64,000 nucleotides of DNA from Chthoniobacterales bacterium (GTDB taxonomy: Bacteria > Verrucomicrobiota > Verrucomicrobiia > Chthoniobacterales > UBA10450). The stretch covers positions 1,001 to 65,000 of the forward strand of contig JBBPZW010000122.1 in NCBI GenBank assembly GCA_038198475.1, given 5' to 3'. Both the position numbers and the translations under genes were made by a program. Shown here piece by piece: positions 57,437-64,000 of the stretch (the stretch's first letter is position 1; every line of letters starts with the position of its first letter). Under the pieces are notes generated by a model. The model saw nothing but the letters and a program-made list of their open reading frames with translations, was not told where the DNA came from and ran no database searches.

Positions 57437-58371
57437 GTTCGGCATCGGCGCGACCTGTGCTGCCGCTGGCCACCCGCGGACGCGCTCCCAGCCTAACGAA
57501 AAGCGCGAGCTTCGCCTTCAGCGCTCTCGCGCTGCTGACCCTGGCGACGCTCGTCCTGATCTTCCTCGTGCAAAGCCTGCCGGTATGGCGGCAGGAAGGG
57601 CTCGGCTACATCACAGGCACGAAGTGGTTTTATCGCGCCAACATTTTTGGAGCGCTCCCGATGATCTACGGCACGATCGTGGTCGCCTTCATCGCGCTGC
57701 TCCTGGCCGCGCCGATTGGGATCGGAGCCGCCGTTTTCACCTCCGAATTTCTCCCGCAACGAATGCGCCTCGCGGTCAAAATCACGATCGAGCTCCTCGC
57801 TGGCGTGCCCTCGGTCGTTTACGGGCTGCTCGGGATCCTGTTTCTGCGCAACTGGATTTACGATCTCTTCGCTCGTTTCGAGCCGCTCAGCGGCGACACG
57901 CTCCTGACCGCCGGCGTCTTGTTAGGCGTGATGATTCTCCCCACCGTCATGACCCTGGCCGACGATGCCCTGCGCGGGGTGCCGGCCGACCAACGGCGGG
58001 CCGCGCGCAGTCTCGGACTCAACGCGACCGAGACAGTGCTCGGGGTTGCGCTGCCGCAGGCAAAACGCGGTTTGATCGCCGCGCTCTTGCTCGGGCTGGG
58101 CCGTGCGCTCGGCGAGACGATCGCGGTCTTTCTCGTCGTTGGGCGGCAGGATAATAATCTTCCGGAAAATATTTTCTCGGTCCACGCCTGGCTCGAAGCC
58201 GGGCAAACTCTTTCGACGAAACTGGGCGGCTCGGAGACCAACATCGCCTACGGCGGGTCGCTGCATTGGGCGGCGATGGTCGGGCTTGCCTTGATCCTGA
58301 TGGCGATGGTGCTCGCGGTCACCATGGCCGGCGCATGGCAACGGAGGACGAACGATGCGGCGAGTCTCTAA
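57433..58371 (+). CDS. pstC: phosphate ABC transporter permease PstC
   Basis: Six TM segments and an EAA-like loop. The GTG start overlaps the pstS stop. Confidence 0.85.
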   Translation: MSSASARPVLPLATRGRAPSLTKSASFAFSALALLTLATLVLIFLVQSLPVWRQEGLGYITGTKWFYRANIFGALPMIYGTIVVAFIALLLAAPIGIGAAVFTSEFLPQRMRLAVKITIELLAGVPSVVYGLLGILFLRNWIYDLFARFEPLSGDTLLTAGVLLGVMILPTVMTLADDALRGVPADQRRAARSLGLNATETVLGVALPQAKRGLIAALLLGLGRALGETIAVFLVVGRQDNNLPENIFSVHAWLEAGQTLSTKLGGSETNIAYGGSLHWAAMVGLALILMAMVLAVTMAGAWQRRTNDAASL

Positions 58372-59203
58372 TTTTCTTTTCCCCGCGCTTGGCGGCCTCT
58401 GCACGTTGCTCGCCTGCGCCGTTTTTCTCGGGCTCGTCTTCGTCATTGCGCAACGCGGCCTGCCTGCGATGAGCTGGACATTTATCACCGAACAAATCCG
58501 CCAGGTCGGCGCCGAGGGAGGGATTTTCTACAATCTGGTTGGTACTTTGATCCTGATCACAGCCGCCCTTTTGGTCAGCGCGCCGGTCGCGGTCGGCCTC
58601 GCGCTCACGCATACGGTTTATCTGCGTAATGCGGCCGCGAAGTCGCGTCTCGGTCTCTTTCTTTACACGCTCAACGGCATCCCCTCGATCGTCTTCGGCA
58701 TCTTTGGCTTGATTGTTTTCGTCAACTATTTCGGCTGGGGAAAATCCTGGCTGACCGGCGGTATCCTGCTCGCCATCATGATTCTGCCAACTGTCACGGT
58801 CGCCTTGATCGAGCGCATCAAAGCGCTCCCAGCAAAATATGTCGAAGCGGCCACCGGGCTCGGGCTGCGCCGGTCGCAGGTCATCTGGTCGGTCATCCTG
58901 CCGCAATCGTGGGGCGGGCTGGTTACCGGCTCGCTCCTCGGCCTCGCGCGGGCTGCGGGCGAGACCGCGCCGATCATGTTTACCGCCACAATTTTTGCCG
59001 GCGCCACTCTGCCGCACGGCATTCGGGAAAGTCCGGTCCTCTCGCTGCCGTATCACATTTTCATTCTCGCGCAGGACTCGTTCGATCCGGCGGTCGGGGC
59101 CAAACTCTGGGGCTCCGCGCTCGTCTTGCTCGCGCTTGTCTTTGCGCTCAGTATTGTGGCTCTGCCTTTCCGGCTGCGATTACACGACGAAGCTCATGGA
59201 TAA
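58355..59203 (+). CDS. pstA: phosphate ABC transporter permease PstA
   Basis: Permease with LGLARAAGETAPIMFTA, typical of PstA. Confidence 0.85.
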   Translation: MRRVSNFLFPALGGLCTLLACAVFLGLVFVIAQRGLPAMSWTFITEQIRQVGAEGGIFYNLVGTLILITAALLVSAPVAVGLALTHTVYLRNAAAKSRLGLFLYTLNGIPSIVFGIFGLIVFVNYFGWGKSWLTGGILLAIMILPTVTVALIERIKALPAKYVEAATGLGLRRSQVIWSVILPQSWGGLVTGSLLGLARAAGETAPIMFTATIFAGATLPHGIRESPVLSLPYHIFILAQDSFDPAVGAKLWGSALVLLALVFALSIVALPFRLRLHDEAHG

Positions 59204-60014
59204 TCCCCGCACCAGTCGCACGCCGGACGCTGTCGCTGCGCAGGACGTTTTTCGTGTCGAAAATCTCAGCGTCACCGCGCGCGGCAAAACCATCCTGACC
59301 CAGGTCAACGTGACGATCGAAGCGAACCAGGTCTTCGGGATCATCGGACCTTCCGGCGCCGGGAAGAGCACGTTTCTGCGCTGCCTGAATCGTCTCTCCG
59401 ATCTCACGCCCGAACTGAAAGTGGAGGGGCGGATCGAATATCACGGCCGCTCGATCAACGATCCCGCGATCGACCCCGACGATCTACGCGCGCGGATCGG
59501 GTTTCTTTTTCAACAACCGGTCGTGTTCCCGAAAAGCGTGCAGGAAAACGTCACCTTCGGGTTGCGCCATCTGCGCCGGCTCTCGCGCGCCGCGCTCGCG
59601 GAAGCGGCCGAGCGCGCTCTGATCGAGGCCGCGCTCTGGAACGAAGTGAAAGATCGGCTCCACGACTCCGCGCTCACCCTTTCCGTCGGCCAACAACAGC
59701 GGCTCTGCCTGGCGCGCGCGCTGGCGAGCGAGCCGGAAGTGATCCTGATGGACGAACCAACGAGCGCGCTCGACCCGAAATCGACTCAGGCGATCGAAGA
59801 GTTGATTTTGAAACTGAAAGAACGCCACACCATCGTGCTCGTGACCCACAACCTCGGCCAGGCGCGGCGGGTGACTGACTGGCTGGCCTGCCTTTGCCTG
59901 CGCGAGGGCGGCGGGACGATCGCCGAGACCGCTTGTTGTGACGCGCTCCTGGAGAACCCGCAATGCCAGGAAGTCGTGGAATATCTGGGCACCGGAGATA
60001 CTCTTTCGTCGTGA
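59196..60014 (+). CDS. pstB: phosphate ABC transporter ATP-binding protein PstB
   Basis: Walker A GPSGAGKST, signature LSVGQQQRL, Walker B ILMDEPTSALD. ATG at 59196 was chosen; the longer ORF from 58839 overlaps pstA out of frame. Confidence 0.9.
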   Translation: MDNPRTSRTPDAVAAQDVFRVENLSVTARGKTILTQVNVTIEANQVFGIIGPSGAGKSTFLRCLNRLSDLTPELKVEGRIEYHGRSINDPAIDPDDLRARIGFLFQQPVVFPKSVQENVTFGLRHLRRLSRAALAEAAERALIEAALWNEVKDRLHDSALTLSVGQQQRLCLARALASEPEVILMDEPTSALDPKSTQAIEELILKLKERHTIVLVTHNLGQARRVTDWLACLCLREGGGTIAETACCDALLENPQCQEVVEYLGTGDTLSS

Positions 60015-60970
60015 ACCGTTTTGCTGCCAAGCTCGTCGAGCACTCGTTGCCCTTGCGGCACACGAAGACGGAGATCCTACAGATCAACGTCGGCAAACTC
60101 TGCAACCTGACCTGCATTCATTGCCACGTGAACGCCGGGCCGAAACGGAAAGAGATCATGACCCGCGAAACGATCGATCGGCTGATCGATTGGCTCGCCA
60201 AAACCGACATCCCGACCGTCGACCTGACCGGCGGCGCGCCGGAGATGATTCCCGACTTCAAGTATTTCGTCGAACGCCTGAAAGCGCTTACTCCACCGCG
60301 GCACATCATCGACCGCTGCAACCTCACGATCCTGCTCGAGCCCGGCTTTGAGGATTATGCCGAATTCCTCGCGCGGCACCAGATCGAGATCATCGCTTCG
60401 ATGCCCTGTTACACGCCGGAAAACGTCAACGAACAACGCGGGAACGGCGTCTTCGACGCCAGCATCAAGGGGCTGCAACTTTTGAATTCGTTAGGCTATG
60501 GGATCGATCCCGCGCTTCCGCTCCATCTCGTTTACAATCCGAACGGCGCCTTTCTCCCCGGCCCGCAGGCGGAACTGGAAGCGGATTACAAACGCGAATT
60601 GAAAGATCATTTCGGGATTGTCTTCAACAAACTCTTCACCATCACTAATCTCCCGATCGCACGCTTCGCCTCCTGGTTAAAAAACAACAACCAGCTCGGC
60701 GATTACATGCTCCTCCTAAACGACGCCTTTAACCCGGGCACCGTGAACGGCCTGATGTGCCGGAACACGATCAACGTCAGCTGGCAGGGCGAAGTCTTCG
60801 ACTGCGACTTTAACCAGATGCTCAAGATGCAATGGCGCGAAGGCGCTGGCGGCCTGCATCTCTGGGACGTCGACCCTGGTCAAGTCGAGCACCGCGAAAT
60901 CCAGACCGGCGAACACTGCTTCGGCTGCACCGCAGGCTCGGGCTCGAGCTGCGGCGGCGCGCTCCTCTAG
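60011..60970 (+). CDS. arsS: arsenosugar biosynthesis radical SAM protein ArsS-like
   Basis: CNLTCIHCHVNAGP (CX3CX2C radical SAM) and a Cys-rich C-terminus HCFGCTAGSGSSCGG. The GTG at 60011 overlaps the pstB stop; an alternative ATG lies at 59963. Confidence 0.8.
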   Translation: MNRFAAKLVEHSLPLRHTKTEILQINVGKLCNLTCIHCHVNAGPKRKEIMTRETIDRLIDWLAKTDIPTVDLTGGAPEMIPDFKYFVERLKALTPPRHIIDRCNLTILLEPGFEDYAEFLARHQIEIIASMPCYTPENVNEQRGNGVFDASIKGLQLLNSLGYGIDPALPLHLVYNPNGAFLPGPQAELEADYKRELKDHFGIVFNKLFTITNLPIARFASWLKNNNQLGDYMLLLNDAFNPGTVNGLMCRNTINVSWQGEVFDCDFNQMLKMQWREGAGGLHLWDVDPGQVEHREIQTGEHCFGCTAGSGSSCGGALL

Positions 60971-60980
60971 CGGAAACGCC

Positions 60981-61955
60981 CTAAGGCGTCAGCTCCCAGG
61001 TGTCGCCTAACGGAACTTCCCTGTTCTGTCCGCCGAAGAGGACGATGCGGCCAAGCGCCTTGTCGTAAGCCATTCCGGCGCCTTCGCGCGCCGGCGGCGA
61101 AAGGGAAGGAAATAGTTCGACCCAATTCGAACCGGTCCATGACCAGGTCCGGTCTTGATCAACTCCCCCGTCCCCGCCGCCGAAGAGGATAACGCTATTC
61201 AGGTTCGGCTCGAATGCAGCGGAAGCGGCGTAGACAGTGAGGGGTTGCATGGCGGGCGATTCCATCGTCCAGGTCGTCCCGTCATATGTCCACGTGTTGA
61301 GAGGATTCACGTCGCCCAGACCGCCGTAAAGGACGACCTGCTTCGAGACGTTGTCTACACCGACCGCGGATGACGAGCGCGCATACGGGAGCATGGAGGC
61401 GTGCACCTGTCTCCAATCCGAACCGTTCCACTCCCACATGGTGTTTTCGTAAAGGTTGCCGGAGAAGCCACCGAACTCATCGACCCGGCCGCGCAGCCCG
61501 GTGAAAACCATCGGACCCGTTACCGCTTTTGGTGAATGAGCGGGAGTGGCCTGGGTCCAGGTGGAATTACGTCCGTCCCAGAGCCAGGTGTCGCCCAGGT
61601 CGGAGTGGCCGTCGTAGCCACCGAAGAGGACCACCTTTTGAGTGCGACGGTCATAAGCCATTTGCGCATTCGTCCGTTTAGGCGGAGCCACGGCCGTATC
61701 CACTTTCGTCCAAGTGTTACCGTCGTAGGTCCAGGTATCGTTGAGGTAACCCGTGTCGCTATAGCCGCCGAAAACGAGAATCTTACCGCTCGCTTCATCG
61801 TAGGTCATGGCGACATAGGAACGCGCTCCCGGAGAAGTGGCCGGCGAAACCTGAGTCCAGGTAAGAGTTGCAGGGTTAGCGATTGCCGAACCAGCGAACA
61901 AAAGGGGGACCAGACAGGTCGGCGCAAGAAGAGACAAGATTCGGTTCAGTTTCAT
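60981..61955 (-). CDS. secreted Kelch-repeat protein
   Basis: Signal peptide and six repeats of the (V/L)FGG...ND(T/L)W..(D/N) type. Confidence 0.75.
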   Translation of the reverse strand: MKLNRILSLLAPTCLVPLLFAGSAIANPATLTWTQVSPATSPGARSYVAMTYDEASGKILVFGGYSDTGYLNDTWTYDGNTWTKVDTAVAPPKRTNAQMAYDRRTQKVVLFGGYDGHSDLGDTWLWDGRNSTWTQATPAHSPKAVTGPMVFTGLRGRVDEFGGFSGNLYENTMWEWNGSDWRQVHASMLPYARSSSAVGVDNVSKQVVLYGGLGDVNPLNTWTYDGTTWTMESPAMQPLTVYAASAAFEPNLNSVILFGGGDGGVDQDRTWSWTGSNWVELFPSLSPPAREGAGMAYDKALGRIVLFGGQNREVPLGDTWELTP

Positions 61956-62077
61956 GTGCGATCTTCGTATCGTGTCAACCCTCTGGTGTCAAGATCGACG
62001 AACGGACAACTAGCCGGCTATTTCAGCCATCCCGATGATCACTGGTTTGCTCCACCGGGTGACTGCGTTATGCTGCG

Positions 62078-62145
62078 AGAGGGTAATGGAGTTTGCCTTC
62101 CTCGCGGGTGCGGGGAAAACCGCCTGAGCTGATGACTCCTACTGC
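62078..62145 (+). ncRNA. fluoride riboswitch (crcB motif)
   Basis: AGGGUAAUGGAGUUUGCCU ... AAAACCGCCUGAGCUGAUGACUCCUACUG matches the conserved crcB-motif blocks (AUGGAGUU, AACCGCC, GCUGAUGACUCCUAC). GGAGU/ACUCC can form the pseudoknot. It lies about 40 nt upstream of crcB. Confidence 0.8.
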
Positions 62146-62181
62146 TGCTTCAGATATGGGAAGCGACGGTTGGAGGTTTTC

Positions 62182-62571
62182 ATGCTCACATATTTTTGGA
62201 TCATGTTTGGAGGCGCGCTTGGAACTGGCGCCCGTTTTTGGGCCTCGGGCCTGGTGGCGGAGCGCTTCGGTGAAGTCTTTCCGCTTGGCACCTTGCTGGT
62301 CAACGTCACTGGCTCGTTCATTATCGGCTTTTTCGCCGGGCTGACAGATCCGGGGGGGCCATATCTGGTCAGCCCACGCATCCGACAGTTTGTCATGATC
62401 GGAATTTGCGGCGGCTACACCACTTTCTCCTCCTTTAGTCTGCAGACCCTGGAGCTGGCACGAGAAGGCGATTGGTTCCGGGCTGGCTTGAACAGTGTCC
62501 TCTCGCTGGTTTGCTGCCTGCTCGCGGTCTGGCTTGGACGCGCTCTCGCGCTTATCCTGCTTCCTCGTTAG
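62182..62571 (+). CDS. crcB: fluoride channel CrcB/FEX
   Basis: GGALGTGARF, TLLVNVTGSFIIG and GGYTTFSSF motifs. About 129 aa. Confidence 0.9.
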   Translation: MLTYFWIMFGGALGTGARFWASGLVAERFGEVFPLGTLLVNVTGSFIIGFFAGLTDPGGPYLVSPRIRQFVMIGICGGYTTFSSFSLQTLELAREGDWFRAGLNSVLSLVCCLLAVWLGRALALILLPR

Positions 62572-62581
62572 GCTAACCCTT

Positions 62582-62938
62582 ATGCAACTTCCCGAAGACG
62601 CCATGCTCCTGCGGGTCTTTGTCGGCGAAAGCGATCGCTGGCAACACCAGCCGCTCTACGAAGCGATCGTGCTCAAAGCCCGCGCCCTCCAACTCGCCGG
62701 CGCAACCGTCCTGCGCGGGCCGATGGGTTTCGGCGCACATAGCCGAATTCACACCGCAAAGATTCTGCGGCTCTCGATGGACCTGCCAATCGTGATCGAG
62801 ATCGTCGACACGGAAGAAAAAGTGAAATCACTCCTCCCGTTTCTCGACGAAATGATGAATGGTGGTCTCGTCACCCTGGAGAAGGTAAAGGTCATCCACT
62901 ATAACGAGGGATCGAAAGGCAAGGCCGGCCCGGCCTAA
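62582..62938 (+). CDS. DUF190 domain protein (crcB-associated)
   Basis: LLRVFVGESDRWQHQPLYEAIV...GATVLRGPMGFG...LPIVIEIVD is typical of DUF190. Confidence 0.8.
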   Translation: MQLPEDAMLLRVFVGESDRWQHQPLYEAIVLKARALQLAGATVLRGPMGFGAHSRIHTAKILRLSMDLPIVIEIVDTEEKVKSLLPFLDEMMNGGLVTLEKVKVIHYNEGSKGKAGPA

Positions 62939-63031
62939 CGATTACAACGATCGGCCAGTGCTCGGCGACGCACAGCCGATCTGCCTTGCGCCGTGCGCGA
63001 CTTTCCGCCGGGATGGGCTAAAAAGATAAAG

Positions 63032-63550
63032 ATGAAACAAACTGCCGTTGTCTGCCTAGTGATCGCGCTGCTTAGCGTCGCGTGCAGCAAACACGAAACC
63101 CCGCCTCCGGCCGTAAGCCCTGCTCCGGCGGTCACAGAGAAACCGCCTGGTGACGGAACGTTGCACTGGCGGACCGATTTCGAGTCCGCGAAAGGCCAGG
63201 CGCACTCAGAGAAAAAGCTGCTGCTGATGCTGTTTACCGGCTCGGATTGGTGTCCGCCCTGCATGATGCTGCAAAAAGAAGTCTTCTCTAAACCGGAATT
63301 CGCCCAATACGCGGCCGAGCACCTCGTCCTGCTTGAAGTGGATTTCCCGCGCCGAAAAAACCTGTCGAACGAGCAGCGGGCGGCCAACGCAAAAGTCGCG
63401 CAACAGTACGGGATCGAAGGTTTCCCGACGGTCATCGTCCTCGATCCGAAGAGCAACCCGCTCGGCAAATTCGGTTACGTCCCGGGCCTGGGGCCGGAGA
63501 AGGTGATCGAAGTCCTGGAAAAAGCGCGGAAGGAGAACGTGGATAAATGA
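63032..63550 (+). CDS. thioredoxin-fold lipoprotein (CPPC active site)
   Basis: Lipobox LLSVACS and FTGSDWCPPCMMLQKEVF. Resembles thioredoxin-like/DUF255-like proteins. Confidence 0.75.
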   Translation: MKQTAVVCLVIALLSVACSKHETPPPAVSPAPAVTEKPPGDGTLHWRTDFESAKGQAHSEKKLLLMLFTGSDWCPPCMMLQKEVFSKPEFAQYAAEHLVLLEVDFPRRKNLSNEQRAANAKVAQQYGIEGFPTVIVLDPKSNPLGKFGYVPGLGPEKVIEVLEKARKENVDK

Positions 63551-63631
63551 TTCGACTTTCTCCGCGCCCGCTCGCGGTGCTGATGGCGAGGGCGCCAAAA
63601 CCGGAAAACTCATTGAGCGTGGCGGCGTAGA

Positions 63632-64000
63632 ATGAAGACAATCGCAGTCCTCGGTGGAGGGTCGGCTGGCTTGACCGCAGCTCGCCTCGCCTCGCAAAAT
63701 GGGGCGCGCGTCCTGTTCTTCATGGGGGACAATGCCGATCACGCCTCGCTCTGCATCAACGCCGGATGCATGCCGTCGAAGGCGCTTTTCGAACCGATCG
63801 ACGCGATGCACCACGCCAAACTGCACGGTTGGCTGGAAGTAAAACCGAAGCAGCCTAACAAGTATCTTGGCCAGATCATGCGCTGGAAAGACAACCAGAT
63901 AGAGAAGTTTCGCGCCTACCGGCAGAAGGAAATTCGCGACCTCGCGAGCGAAACCTTCTCCATCGTCCGTTCGAATGCCTGCTTTGTTGGCGATCACGAA
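63632..64000 (+). CDS. FAD-dependent pyridine nucleotide-disulfide oxidoreductase (class I, CxxxxC), partial
   Basis: My translation is MKTIAVLGGGSAGLTAARLA... (GxGxxG) and CINAGCMPSK (redox-active disulfide). It runs off the window end. Confidence 0.75.
   Translation, partial: MKTIAVLGGGSAGLTAARLASQNGARVLFFMGDNADHASLCINAGCMPSKALFEPIDAMHHAKLHGWLEVKPKQPNKYLGQIMRWKDNQIEKFRAYRQKEIRDLASETFSIVRSNACFVGDHE

Noticed and set aside
58839-59195. N-terminal extension of the pstB ORF (391-aa version)
   Set aside because: The extension is Arg/Ser-rich and overlaps pstA out of frame. A canonical PstB N-terminus begins at the ATG at 59196.
63206-63997. 263-aa minus-strand ORF
   Set aside because: It overlaps both the thioredoxin-like gene and the flavoprotein gene, each of which has diagnostic active-site motifs on the plus strand.
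1-64000. CRISPR arrays, rRNA or tRNA genes, tandem repeat arrays, and HIP1-like GCGATCGC enrichment
   Set aside because: No regularly spaced repeats or RNA genes were seen. GCGATCGC-like strings occur, but I could not distinguish them from ordinary CG-rich background by eye, so I make no claim.

Overview
GC-rich bacterial chromosomal window. Gene content (ECF sigma plus Ser/Thr kinase pair, four-helix-bundle IVS protein, HMBD copper proteins) hints at a PVC/Verrucomicrobia-like or similar soil lineage; I cannot verify this. All calls come from reading the ORF translations and the DNA, with no database searches.

Layout:
- 1-16.3 kb: housekeeping and accessory genes (gatCA, MFS transporter, phosphoribosyltransferase, a frameshifted MRJP/yellow-like gene, DoxX, two GlxA/AraC regulators, a TonB-dependent receptor, a deletion remnant of an ECF-sigma/Ser-Thr-kinase pair) and an ars operon (DUF6428-arsR-arsC-GNAT).
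- 16.3-32.0 kb: a ~15.3 kb island with no integrase, inserted at the 3-prime end of the copper ATPase gene copA. It is bracketed by ~190-bp imperfect direct repeats of the copA 3-prime end. It carries one tightly packed nine-gene plus-strand operon that looks like a methylation-associated anti-phage system: SNF2 helicase with DUF3883 nuclease, GmrSD-like DUF262/DUF1524, two orphans, DUF1156 methyltransferase, TIGR04255-like protein, orphan, MBL-fold hydrolase, HEPN-DUF499 ATPase. This is the strongest candidate for a poorly or not described system.
- 31.8-51.2 kb: a dense copper/silver resistance region. It holds copA, csoR with a CsoR box, an untracked 46-aa desulforedoxin-like Cys-rich ORF, DUF4396, DUF305, a multicopper-oxidase/CopB fusion, DUF2231, Crp/Fnr, cusCBA, a second multicopper oxidase, a second outer membrane factor (OMF), an HMBD lipoprotein, and two paralogous small membrane proteins. 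An IVS-protein cassette flanked by a 14-bp inverted repeat also sits here.
- 51.4-61 kb: arsenic-related genes (arsM, an orphan Tat molybdoenzyme with an outer-membrane barrel, arsR-pstSCAB-arsS).
- 61-64 kb: Kelch protein, a fluoride riboswitch with crcB and DUF190, a thioredoxin-like lipoprotein, and a partial flavoprotein disulfide reductase.

Superimposed on all this, the 8-mer GCCTAACG/CGTTAGGC is strongly over-represented, about one per kb in apparently native DNA and nearly absent from the island. No rRNA, tRNA, CRISPR array, transposase or integrase was seen.
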